A stretch of 64,000 bases of DNA from Burkholderiales bacterium (GTDB lineage: Bacteria; Pseudomonadota; Gammaproteobacteria; Burkholderiales; SG8-39), in contig JBFWRS010000011.1 in NCBI GenBank assembly GCA_050248795.1, forward strand, positions 14,889 to 78,888. The letters are read 5' to 3'. Of the stretch, positions 21,411-30,185 are shown one piece after another. The position numbers and the translations under genes were made by a program. Every line of letters starts with the position of its first letter. Within the stretch, counting starts at the first letter, position 1. The notes below the pieces were generated by a model. That model ran no database searches and was not told the origin of the DNA. It saw only the letters and a program-made list of their open reading frames with translations.

Positions 21411-23050
21411 TCGCGGGCAACCCGTACGAGCAGGATCTGGACCGCAATCCGGCCAATTTCGCGCCGCTGACGCCGATCACGTTCCTCGAGCGCGCGGCAT
21501 ACGTCTATCCCGAGCGCGTGTCGGTGGTGCACGGCGCGCAGCGCTACACGTGGCGCGAAACGTATGCGCGCTGCAGGCGCCTCGGCTCGGCCCTCGCCGG
21601 GCGCGGCATCGGCCCGGGCGACACGGTCGCAGTGATGCTGCCGAACATTCCGGCCATGTACGAGGCGCATTTCGGCGTGCCGATGTGCGGCGCGGTGCTC
21701 AATTCGCTGAACACGCGCCTCGATGCCGATGCCATCGCCTTCATGCTCAACCATGGCGAGGCGAAGCTGCTGATCACCGATCGAGAGTTCTCGGCCACGA
21801 TGGCGGCGGCCCTCGGAAAGCTTGGACGCAGCATCACGGTGATCGACGTGGACGACCCCGCGTTCGCGGGCGGCAGCCTGCTGGGCGAAAAGACCTACGA
21901 GGATCTGCTCGCCGAGGGCGATCCCGGCTGGCAATGGCTGTGGCCTGCCGACGAATGGCAGGCGATCGCGCTGAACTACACCTCGGGCACCACCGGCAAT
22001 CCCAAGGGCGTGGTGTACCACCACCGCGGGGCGCACCTGAACGGCGTCGGCAACATCCTGACCTGGGCGATGCCGCACCACGCGGTGTACCTGTGGACGC
22101 TGCCGATGTTCCATTGCAACGGCTGGTGCTTCCCGTGGACGATGGCGGCGAATGCAGGCGTGAACGTTTGCCTGCGCAAGGTGGAACCGAAGGCGATCTT
22201 CGAACTGATCCGTGAGCATCGCGTCACGCACTACTGCGGCGCGCCCATCGTTCACCAGGGGCTGATCAACGCGCCGGCGGACATGAAGAAAGGCATCGAC
22301 TGGACCGTCAACTGCCTCGTCGCCGGCGCGGCGCCGCCGGCTGCGGTGATCGAAGGCATGGAGAAGATGGGCTTCTCGATCACGCACGTGTACGGCCTGA
22401 CCGAAACCTACGGCCCGGCGACGGTATGCGCGAAGCACCAGGAATGGGACGCGATGCCGCTGGACGAGCGCGTGGGGAAGAACGGCCGCCAGGGCGTGCG
22501 CTACCTCGTCCAGGAGGGCCTGAGCGTGATGGATCCCGCGACCATGGCGCCGGTGCCGGCGGACGGCGAGACCATGGGCGAGATCATGATGCGTGGAAAC
22601 ATCACGATGAAGGGCTACCTGAAGAACGCCAAGGCTACCCAGGAAGCCTTCCGCGGCGGCTGGTTCCACTCCGGCGACCTCGCCGTGATGCAGCCCGACG
22701 GCTACGTGAAGATCAAGGATCGCTCCAAGGACGTCATCATCTCCGGCGGCGAGAACATCTCGTCCATCGAGGTCGAGGACACGCTGTACCGCCATCCCGC
22801 GGTGATGGCGGCGGCAGTGGTGGCGATGCCGGATCCCAAATGGGGGGAAACCCCGTGCGCGTTCGTCGAACTGAAGGCAGGCGCGCAGGCGACCGAGGCC
22901 GAGATCATCGAGCACTGCCGCGCCAGCATGGCGCGCTTCAAGGCACCACGCGCGGTGGTGTTCGGCGAGCTGCCGAAGACCTCGACCGGGAAAATCCAGA
23001 AGTTCGTGCTGCGCGAGAAGGCCAGGTCGGCCTCGGCGATAGACACCTGA
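21407..23050 (+). CDS. Acyl-CoA synthetase / AMP-dependent ligase (medium-chain type)
   Basis: 547 aa: YTSGTTGNPKGV (AMP-binding motif), GYLKN..F..GWFHSGD, KDVIISGGENISS, PKTSTGKIQK. Its ATG overlaps the dnaQ stop. Confidence 0.9.
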   Translation: MIAGNPYEQDLDRNPANFAPLTPITFLERAAYVYPERVSVVHGAQRYTWRETYARCRRLGSALAGRGIGPGDTVAVMLPNIPAMYEAHFGVPMCGAVLNSLNTRLDADAIAFMLNHGEAKLLITDREFSATMAAALGKLGRSITVIDVDDPAFAGGSLLGEKTYEDLLAEGDPGWQWLWPADEWQAIALNYTSGTTGNPKGVVYHHRGAHLNGVGNILTWAMPHHAVYLWTLPMFHCNGWCFPWTMAANAGVNVCLRKVEPKAIFELIREHRVTHYCGAPIVHQGLINAPADMKKGIDWTVNCLVAGAAPPAAVIEGMEKMGFSITHVYGLTETYGPATVCAKHQEWDAMPLDERVGKNGRQGVRYLVQEGLSVMDPATMAPVPADGETMGEIMMRGNITMKGYLKNAKATQEAFRGGWFHSGDLAVMQPDGYVKIKDRSKDVIISGGENISSIEVEDTLYRHPAVMAAAVVAMPDPKWGETPCAFVELKAGAQATEAEIIEHCRASMARFKAPRAVVFGELPKTSTGKIQKFVLREKARSASAIDT

Positions 23051-23063
23051 CAGGGAGGCTGCG

Positions 23064-23855
23064 ATGAGCGCCGTACCGCAACCGCAAGACCAGCACGTCC
23101 TGCGCGAGGATGCCGCGGGCGTCGCCACGCTGACGATGAACCGGCCGGCGCAGATGAACCTGCTCACCTCGGGCATGCTGTCCGCGCTGCAGGAGGCACT
23201 GGATGCCATCGCCGCGGACGCGTCGGTGCGCGTGGTGGTGCTGGCAGGGGCGGGCAAGGGCTTCTGCGCCGGCCACGACCTCAAGGAGCTGCGCGATCGC
23301 CGGGACCTGCCGAAGATCCAGGCGCTGTTCGAGCAGTGCAGCCGCATGATGCAATCCATCTCGCGGCTGCCGCAGCCGGTTATCGCCCGGGTGCAGGGCG
23401 CCGCCGCCGCCGCCGGCTGCCAGCTGGTCGCGCAGTGCGACCTTGCGATCGCTTCGTGTGCGGCGAAGTTCGCCACGCCTGGCGTGAACTGGGGCTTCTT
23501 CTGCTCGACCCCCGGCGTTCCGATCGGGCGCAACCTGCTGCGCAAGCACGCGATGGAGATGCTGCTCACTGGCGACATGGTCGAGGCGCAGCGCGCGCTG
23601 GAACTCGGCCTTGTCAACCGTGTCGTCCCGGCGGAGCTGCTGGTCCAGGAAACCGACCGGCTCGCGCGCCAGATCGCGGGCAAGCCGCCGGCGACGATCG
23701 CCGCGGGCAAGCGAGCCTTTTACCAGCAGATGGACATGGGCGTGGACGCCGCGTACCAGCTCGCATCGCGGGTGATCTCGGAGAGCTTCGTGCATGCCGA
23801 GGGAATCGCCGGCATGAATGCATTCATCGAGCGCAAGGCACCGCCAAAGCCATGA
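23064..23855 (+). CDS. Enoyl-CoA hydratase/isomerase family protein
   Basis: 263 aa: VVVLAGAGKGFCAGHDLKE ... GAAAAAGCQLVAQCD ... NWGFF. Crotonase fold. Confidence 0.88.
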   Translation: MSAVPQPQDQHVLREDAAGVATLTMNRPAQMNLLTSGMLSALQEALDAIAADASVRVVVLAGAGKGFCAGHDLKELRDRRDLPKIQALFEQCSRMMQSISRLPQPVIARVQGAAAAAGCQLVAQCDLAIASCAAKFATPGVNWGFFCSTPGVPIGRNLLRKHAMEMLLTGDMVEAQRALELGLVNRVVPAELLVQETDRLARQIAGKPPATIAAGKRAFYQQMDMGVDAAYQLASRVISESFVHAEGIAGMNAFIERKAPPKP

Positions 23856-24271
23856 GCGTGCGGCCGCTCCCCGCGGTGGTACTGATGCTGGCTTGGCTTC
23901 CAATGGCGGCCGGGCCTGCCCTGGCAGACGGCACCGTCGCGCCGGGTCCGCAACGGCTGGAGTTCGGCTATCCGAGCCCGGAGGCGGCGCTGGCAGACCT
24001 GCGGCAGCGGCAGGGCGTGGTGGTGTTCGAGCGCAACGGCTGGACGGTTGCCGACGACAAGCCGAACCGCACCTGGTGGTCGTTCACGCCGGCCGGGCAT
24101 CCGGCGCACCCCTCGGGCGTGAAGCGCGTCATCGTGCAGGCGCCGAACGGCGACGTGTCGATCGCCATGAGCGCCAAGTGCGGCGCGCCAGATGAAGCTT
24201 GCGAGGCGCTGCTGGTCGAATTCCACCTCATGAACGACCAGTTGCGCCAGCGCCTGAACGCCGGGCGCTGA
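23852..24271 (+). CDS. Hypothetical secreted protein (139 aa)
   Basis: In-frame ATG at 23852 overlaps the hydratase stop (ATGA). Signal peptide MSVRPLPAVVLMLAWLPMAAGPALA|DG. It is the tail of track ORF 23336..24271. Confidence 0.55.
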   Translation: MSVRPLPAVVLMLAWLPMAAGPALADGTVAPGPQRLEFGYPSPEAALADLRQRQGVVVFERNGWTVADDKPNRTWWSFTPAGHPAHPSGVKRVIVQAPNGDVSIAMSAKCGAPDEACEALLVEFHLMNDQLRQRLNAGR

Positions 24272-24284
24272 CGCATCCGGCGCG

Positions 24285-25658
24285 CTAGCGCTTCAGGTTC
24301 GCCAGCAGTTCCTTCGCCCGCTTCACCGCCGACTCCGGCAGCGTGTGGCGCTGCGGAAAATCCGGGCTCGGCTTGGTGGCGTCGATGATCATCTTCGCGG
24401 TGCGTCCGGCGTGGTTGGACGGGTCGAGGATGGCGCCAAAGGCGTTGCGGATGATGTCGATGTCCTCGTCCGCCTGCATGCGGGTAGCCATGGCCCAGAA
24501 CACGTCCTGGTCATTGAAGATGTCGACGTCGTCATCGACGACCACCACCAGCTTCAGGCTCAGGTCCTCGGCGAAGGCGATCATCGCGGCATTCTTCTGC
24601 TGGCCTACCGTGGGATTGCGCATCGCGATGTAGGCGTGCAGGCGGCAGGTGCCGGACTTCGGGTACGACACCGCGGTCACGTTCGACATGTGCGAGCGCA
24701 GTGCGCGCAGCAGGCGCGCCTCCTGCGGGACGGCAAGCATGCTGCAATGCTCGTCCGACATGCCGCCGACGATGTCGTGGTAGACGGCGTTCCGGCGGTG
24801 CGTGATGGCGCTGATCTCGATCACCTGCTCGGTGGATCGCTCGGAGTGGTAGCCGGTGAACTCCGCGAACGGGCCCTCGGGTTCGCGCACGCCGCGCAGG
24901 ATATGGCCTTCCAGCACGATCTCGGCCTCGGCCGGCACGTCGATCGGCACGGTCTTACAACGCGCGATCTCCAGCGGCGCGCCGCGCAGGCCGCCGGCCA
25001 CCGCGTACTCGTCGGCGGTCAACGGGCCTTTCCACAGCCCCGCGAAGGTGAAGATCGGGTGCGCGCCTATCACCACCGCGATGGGGATGTCCTTGCCGGA
25101 CTCCTCGGCGCGCTTGACGTAGTCCCAAAGGTGGCGACGGCTGTGCAGGCTGGTGCCCAGCCGCGTTCTGCCTTTCACCTGCATGCGGTGGAAGCTCGCG
25201 TTGCGCACGCCGGTGTCCGGGTCGTTCGCGATGACGATGCCGTTGGTGATGTAGCGACCGGCATCGCGCTCGAAGTGCTTCTTGATCGGGATGCGGCCGA
25301 GGTCCGCGTCGGCTCCCTTGTAGACCACCTCGTGCACCGGCGCGTTGTCGACCAGCCGGGGCTCGATCATGCGGTCTCCGCGGGACGCCCACTCGGTGAT
25401 CAGCTTGTCCTCGGTGGTGCCGAAGGCAAGCGCGTAGCGGCGCCGCGTGGCGAAGACATTGGTCACCACCGGGAAAGCGAAGTCCTCGACGTTGTCGAAC
25501 CACAGTACCGGCGACTGCCAGGAACGCCCGCGCTCCAGCTCCAGCGCCACGGCGGTGGCGTCGTAGTCGAGGGAAATGCGCTCCTTGAAGCGCAGGATGG
25601 CGTGCGGATCGTCGCGCTCGGCATCCGCAAGGAAACCGCGCAGGTTGAAGGTGGACAT
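24285..25658 (-). CDS. UbiD-family (prFMN-dependent) decarboxylase
   Basis: 457 aa from the internal ATG 25658: MSTFNLRGFLADAE..NASFHRMQV..GPFAEFTGYH..VVVDDDVDIFN..VFWAMATR. These are typical UbiD-family blocks. Confidence 0.85.
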   Translation of the reverse strand: MSTFNLRGFLADAERDDPHAILRFKERISLDYDATAVALELERGRSWQSPVLWFDNVEDFAFPVVTNVFATRRRYALAFGTTEDKLITEWASRGDRMIEPRLVDNAPVHEVVYKGADADLGRIPIKKHFERDAGRYITNGIVIANDPDTGVRNASFHRMQVKGRTRLGTSLHSRRHLWDYVKRAEESGKDIPIAVVIGAHPIFTFAGLWKGPLTADEYAVAGGLRGAPLEIARCKTVPIDVPAEAEIVLEGHILRGVREPEGPFAEFTGYHSERSTEQVIEISAITHRRNAVYHDIVGGMSDEHCSMLAVPQEARLLRALRSHMSNVTAVSYPKSGTCRLHAYIAMRNPTVGQQKNAAMIAFAEDLSLKLVVVVDDDVDIFNDQDVFWAMATRMQADEDIDIIRNAFGAILDPSNHAGRTAKMIIDATKPSPDFPQRHTLPESAVKRAKELLANLKR

Positions 25659-25669
25659 GTTGCTCCGAA

Positions 25670-26821
25670 CTAGAAGGACCTTGGCAGGCCGAGCACGTGC
25701 TCGGCGACGTAGGAAAGGATCAGGTTGGTGGAGATCGGCGCGACCAGATACAGCCGAGTTTCGCGGAATTTGCGCTCGACGTCGTACTCTGCAGCGAAAC
25801 CGAAGCCGCCGTAGGTCTGCAGGCAGACGTTCGCCGCCTCCCACGAGGCTTTCGCGCAAAGGTGTTTCGCCATGTTGGCTTCGGCGCCGCAGTGCTGCTT
25901 CGCATCGAACAGCGCAGCGGCCTTGTAGCGCATCAGGTTCGCCGCCTCGACCTCCATGTAGGACTCGGCGATCGGGAACTGGATGCCCTGGTTCCTGCCG
26001 ATCGGGCGATCGAACACCACGCGGTCCCTGGCATAGGCGGTGGCCTTGTCGATGAACCAGTAGCCGTCGCCGATGCACTCGGCGGCGATGAGGATGCGCT
26101 CGGCGTTCAGGCCGTCGAGGATGTAGCGGAAGCCCTTGCCTTCCTCGCCGATGAGGTTTTCCGCCGGGATCTCGAGGTTGTCGAGGAACACCTCGTTGGT
26201 CTCGTGGTTCACCATGTTGCGGATCGGGCGCATCTCCAGGCCCTTGCCCAGCGCCTCGCGCTTGTCGACGAGGAAGATCGACATGCCCTCGGACTTCTTC
26301 GCCACCTTGTCCAGCGGCGTGGTGCGCGCAAGCAGGATCATCAGCTCCGAGTGCTGCAGACGCGATGTCCAGACTTTCTGCCCATTGACGACGTAGCGGT
26401 CGCCCTTCCTCACCGCGGTGGTCTTGATGCGCGTGGTGTCGGTGCCGGCAGTCGGCTCGGTGACGCCCATGGACTGCAGCCGCAGCTCGCCGCTGGCGAT
26501 CTTCGGCAGGTACCTGCGCTTCTGCTCCTCCGAGCCGTGCCGCAGCAGCGTGTTCATGTTGTACATCTGGCCGTGGCAGCAGCCGGCATTGCCGCCTGTG
26601 CGAGTCACTTCCTCCATGATCACGGTGGCCTCGGTCAGCGATAGCCCCGAACCGCCATACGCCTCGGGGATCAGCGCGGCCATCCAGCCGGCTTTGGTCA
26701 GCGCGTCAACGAACGCCTCCGGATAGGCGCGTTCCTCGTCCACTTTCTGCCAGTAGGCCGAATCGAAAGTCGCGCACAGCGTGCGCACCGCGTCCCTGAT
26801 TTCCTGATGATTGCTGTTCAT
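25670..26821 (-). CDS. Acyl-CoA dehydrogenase
   Basis: 383 aa: ..VTEPTAGTDT..ING.KVW.S.. and C-terminal QTYGGFGFAAEYDVERKFRETRL. ACAD fold. Confidence 0.9.
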   Translation of the reverse strand: MNSNHQEIRDAVRTLCATFDSAYWQKVDEERAYPEAFVDALTKAGWMAALIPEAYGGSGLSLTEATVIMEEVTRTGGNAGCCHGQMYNMNTLLRHGSEEQKRRYLPKIASGELRLQSMGVTEPTAGTDTTRIKTTAVRKGDRYVVNGQKVWTSRLQHSELMILLARTTPLDKVAKKSEGMSIFLVDKREALGKGLEMRPIRNMVNHETNEVFLDNLEIPAENLIGEEGKGFRYILDGLNAERILIAAECIGDGYWFIDKATAYARDRVVFDRPIGRNQGIQFPIAESYMEVEAANLMRYKAAALFDAKQHCGAEANMAKHLCAKASWEAANVCLQTYGGFGFAAEYDVERKFRETRLYLVAPISTNLILSYVAEHVLGLPRSF

Positions 26822-26824
26822 GGA

Positions 26825-27979
26825 TCAAATATAGCCCGGGCCTTCGATGGCCGGGAACCTGGCGAGGAATGTTTCATCTACCTCCAGCCCGAGCCCCGGC
26901 TTGTCCAGCGGCCAGACCTTGCCGTCCTTGTCCACCGTGTACGGCGTGGACACCAGTTCGTCCCGGAAGCGGTTCCCTCTGGACACGTCGCCTTCGAAGT
27001 AGCCGCCGTTGTCTATTGCGGCGAGAAAGTGGATCGACATCGCCTGGTTCAGGCCGGTCATCGAACTGTGCGGGTGTATCGGCAGCTTGTACGCGGACGC
27101 CATGGCGGCAATGCGCAGCGCCTCGGTGAGGCCGCCGGTCTTCGACAGGTCGGGTTGCAGGATGGTGATCGAGCCGTCCTCGATGACGCGGTTGAATTCA
27201 TAGCGCGTGTAGTGGTTCTCGCCCGCTGCCAGCGGCGTGCGGCCGAACGACGCGGCGAGCGCGTAGCTGCGGTAGTCGTGCGCAGGAAAGGGCTCCTCAA
27301 GCCAGGCCACGTCCAGCTCGTCCATTCCTGGCATCGCCGCGCGCGCGTCGGCGACGCTGTAGCCGGTATTGGCGTCGGTGAGGATGACGAGATCGTCGCC
27401 ATAGTGCCCGCGGACCGCGCGAATGCGCTCGAGGTCGCGCTTTGGCGTGTCGCCTACGCGCAGCTTGACCGCCTTGTAACCGAGCGCGAGGTTGCGATCG
27501 ATCTCGGCGATCAGCTCTGGTGCCGGCTGGTAGCCGAGCGATACGCCGCCCGCGTATGCCGGCACGCCCTTGAACGCGCCGCCCAGCAGCCTGTAGAGCG
27601 GCATGCCGGCTGCCTTGCCGCGGATGTCCCACAGCGCGCAGTCGATCCCGCTCATGGCAAGGCAGGTGCCCGCGCCCATGCCGTGGCTGCCGAGCTGCAT
27701 TTTGTAGATCCGCGCCCAGACCCCGACCACGTCCGCGGCGTCCATGCCGACGACCAGTTGCCTGAGCGTGGTGTCGATCAGCTTTGCCACCGCGGTATGC
27801 GCACGGCCGTGGTGGGATTCACCCCAGCCCACCAGCCCGCCGGCGGTGGTTACCTTGACGACGACCGCATCGCGCTTCACCGAGGTGCCGATGCCGAGCG
27901 TGACCCGGCTCGCCTCGGGCACCGGAAACGAGGTGGGATAGGCCTTGATGTCAACGATCTTGAGATCTGCGCTCGGCAT
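26825..27979 (-). CDS. Mandelate racemase / muconate lactonizing enzyme family protein (enolase superfamily)
   Basis: 384 aa: ..VGWGES..; the metal-ligand region LTDANTGY..AWLEEP.. follows. Typical MR/MLE N- and C-domains. Confidence 0.85.
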   Translation of the reverse strand: MPSADLKIVDIKAYPTSFPVPEASRVTLGIGTSVKRDAVVVKVTTAGGLVGWGESHHGRAHTAVAKLIDTTLRQLVVGMDAADVVGVWARIYKMQLGSHGMGAGTCLAMSGIDCALWDIRGKAAGMPLYRLLGGAFKGVPAYAGGVSLGYQPAPELIAEIDRNLALGYKAVKLRVGDTPKRDLERIRAVRGHYGDDLVILTDANTGYSVADARAAMPGMDELDVAWLEEPFPAHDYRSYALAASFGRTPLAAGENHYTRYEFNRVIEDGSITILQPDLSKTGGLTEALRIAAMASAYKLPIHPHSSMTGLNQAMSIHFLAAIDNGGYFEGDVSRGNRFRDELVSTPYTVDKDGKVWPLDKPGLGLEVDETFLARFPAIEGPGYI

Positions 27980-28934
27980 GCCTGCTCCAGGAATCGGGGT
28001 TCACATAATTCGTTGGTCTGTCGCCTGCCAGCATGCGCAGCACCTCTGCCGCGACGAGCTGTCCGACGCGCCGCCGCGACTGGCGCGTGGCTCCCGCGAG
28101 GTGCGGGGTCAGGATGACGTTGTCGAGTTCCAGCAGCGGGTTGCCCGGCTCCAGCCGGTAGTGTTCGTATACATCCAGCATCGCGCCGGCGATCCTGCGC
28201 TGGCGCAGCGCCTGCACCAGCGCTGCCTCGTCGATCACCGGACCGCGGCCGACGTTGACGAGGAAGGCACCGGGCTTCATCAGGGTGAGCGTGTTCGCGT
28301 TGATCATGTGCCGGGTCTCGCGCGTGAGCGGACAGGCGAGCACGACGAAGTCCGCGGCGCAAAGCAGTTCCTCGATCGCCGCGGCCTCCACACCCTCGGG
28401 CAGGGCATCCAGACGCCGCTGGTTGCCCAGCACGCGCATGCCGAAGCCGTCGCGGCAGATCCTCGCCACGCGGGTGCCGATGTGGCCGACGCCGACAATG
28501 CCGACAGTCATCCCGGATAGCTCCTGCGCCGGCGCGGACAGCAGTCGCGCGGCGTCGAAGGACTCGCGCCGCAGCGCTGCGCTGATGCCAACGATGTTCC
28601 GCGCCAGCATCAGCATTGCCATGACGCAGAACTCGGCAACCGGCTGGGCGTTGCCGCCTGGCACGTTCGACACCAGCACGCCATGCGCGTTCGCAGCAGC
28701 CATCGGCACGAGGTCGGTTCCGGTACCGTGAATCGCCACTACGCGGACGCGAGGGGCGATGTCGAACAGGTCGTCGGGGATGCGACTGCGGATCACCAGC
28801 GCGTCCACGTCCTTCGCCAGCCGCCGTACCGTGTCGGGTGCCGAGTCGGGCGCCTGGATGACTTCCGCGGACTGTGCCATCAGCGCGGCGCCGCTTTCGT
28901 CTATGGAATCGGTGATCAGGATGCGGTCGCGCAC
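27951..28934 (-). CDS. D-isomer-specific 2-hydroxyacid dehydrogenase (NAD-binding)
   Basis: VGIVGVGHIGTRVA (Rossmann), LVNVGRGPVIDE, TPHLAG. The GTG start at 28934 is inferred because it gives (M)RDRILITDS and a family-typical length of about 327 aa. The track start 29093 would overlap the divergent cytochrome c gene. Confidence 0.8.
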   Translation of the reverse strand: MRDRILITDSIDESGAALMAQSAEVIQAPDSAPDTVRRLAKDVDALVIRSRIPDDLFDIAPRVRVVAIHGTGTDLVPMAAANAHGVLVSNVPGGNAQPVAEFCVMAMLMLARNIVGISAALRRESFDAARLLSAPAQELSGMTVGIVGVGHIGTRVARICRDGFGMRVLGNQRRLDALPEGVEAAAIEELLCAADFVVLACPLTRETRHMINANTLTLMKPGAFLVNVGRGPVIDEAALVQALRQRRIAGAMLDVYEHYRLEPGNPLLELDNVILTPHLAGATRQSRRRVGQLVAAEVLRMLAGDRPTNYVNPDSWSRHAERRSQDR

Positions 28935-29025
28935 GGGGAGGCGAGCATAGCAAATCGCATCCGCCACTGACGCGCAAGCCGGGATTACAATCGCGTCGCG
29001 CCGCATGCGCACGGAGATCGCCACC

Positions 29026-29421
29026 ATGCAAGCCAGAATGTTCGTCCTGCTGATCGGCCTCGGCGCTGGAACTGCGCTCGCCGGCGAGGGCAAGTCCGGG
29101 GAACAGGTCTACAAGGCGGTATGCACGGCCTGCCATGCCACCGGCGTGGAGAAAGCGCCGAAGTTCGGCGACCGGAAGGCCTGGGCCCCGCTCATCAGGG
29201 AAGGCCAGCACGTGCTGACCGCGCATGCCTGGGTGGGCGTGCGCGGCATGCCGCCCAGGGGCGGCCAGCCCGACCTGTCGCTGGCGGAATTCGCCCGCGC
29301 CACCGCCTACATGGCGCGCGCAGCCGGTGGCAAATGGCAGGATCCGGACGCGAAGATGCTTGCCGGAATCCGGACCGAAGTACGCAAGCGAGAAGGCCGG
29401 AGCGGGTCCGGGAAGCCGTAG
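29026..29421 (+). CDS. Cytochrome c (c5/class I type), periplasmic
   Basis: Signal peptide MQARMFVLLIGLGAGTALA, heme motif CTACH and distal GMPPRG. A GGAGA RBS lies 8 nt before the ATG at 29026. The track start 29005 has no RBS. Confidence 0.8.
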   Translation: MQARMFVLLIGLGAGTALAGEGKSGEQVYKAVCTACHATGVEKAPKFGDRKAWAPLIREGQHVLTAHAWVGVRGMPPRGGQPDLSLAEFARATAYMARAAGGKWQDPDAKMLAGIRTEVRKREGRSGSGKP

Positions 29422-29441
29422 CCACACTGATGAGGAGAGCC

Positions 29442-30185
29442 ATGACGAACCTGCTGCTGGCCGGCGTTCTGCTGTTGGCGATTGCTCCTGGCGCCAGGGC
29501 GCTGAATCTCTACACCGAGGACAATCCGCCGCTCAACTTCATGCACGAGGGCAAGCTGATAGGCATCGCGCCCGGGCTGGTCGAGGAGATGGCCCGGCGG
29601 GCGCAGATCGAGGCCCGCGTCAGCGTCCTGCCTTGGAAGGACGCCTACGCACGGGCGCGAGACGGTGCCGATGCCTGCGTGTTCTCTACCGTGCGCACCA
29701 GCGAACGCTACGAGCTGTTCCAGTGGGTCGGTCCGCTGACGCGCAGCTTCTGGTCGGCTTTCGCGCTTCCGGATTTCCGCGGCCGGATCGCCACGGCAGG
29801 GGACCTGAAGAAGTACCGTATCGGCGTCGTCAATGATGCTCGCGCCGACCACCTGCGCAAGAGCGGATTCCCCAGCATCGCGACCTTCGAGGCCGACCGC
29901 GACATCCCGGCCCGCCTCACGCTGGACGCCAGTAGCGCGGATAGCGTCGACCTGTGGATCACGCAGGGCTTCATGGCGCAGGCGATCGCCCGTCAGGCCG
30001 GTGTGCCCGCAGTGAAGGAGGTGTTCTCTTCGCTGATGAGCCAGGACTATTTCATCGCGTGCGGCCGGAGGGTACCGGCGGAACAGGTGAAGGCCCTGTC
30101 CAGCGCGCTGGCGCAGATGCGCAAGGACGGCACCTACCGGAGGATCTCCGGGGAATCCATCGACTACCTGCGCAAGCTTCGCTAG
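29442..30185 (+). CDS. Periplasmic solute-binding protein, family 3 (amino-acid/polar-solute type), orphan
   Basis: 247 aa: MTNLLLAGVLLLAIAPGARA|LNLYTEDNPPLNF.. A GAGGAGA RBS precedes it. No cognate permease or ATPase is adjacent. Confidence 0.75.
   Translation: MTNLLLAGVLLLAIAPGARALNLYTEDNPPLNFMHEGKLIGIAPGLVEEMARRAQIEARVSVLPWKDAYARARDGADACVFSTVRTSERYELFQWVGPLTRSFWSAFALPDFRGRIATAGDLKKYRIGVVNDARADHLRKSGFPSIATFEADRDIPARLTLDASSADSVDLWITQGFMAQAIARQAGVPAVKEVFSSLMSQDYFIACGRRVPAEQVKALSSALAQMRKDGTYRRISGESIDYLRKLR

Noticed and set aside
21137-23710. 857-aa minus-strand ORF
   Set aside because: It lies antisense to the acyl-CoA ligase and enoyl-CoA hydratase, both of which have clear catalytic motifs. 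It is a GC-driven artefact.
30182-30185. Shared CTAG providing the stop codons of two convergent genes
   Set aside because: It is a real but trivial consequence of the TAG palindrome, and no functional inference is warranted beyond compact packing.
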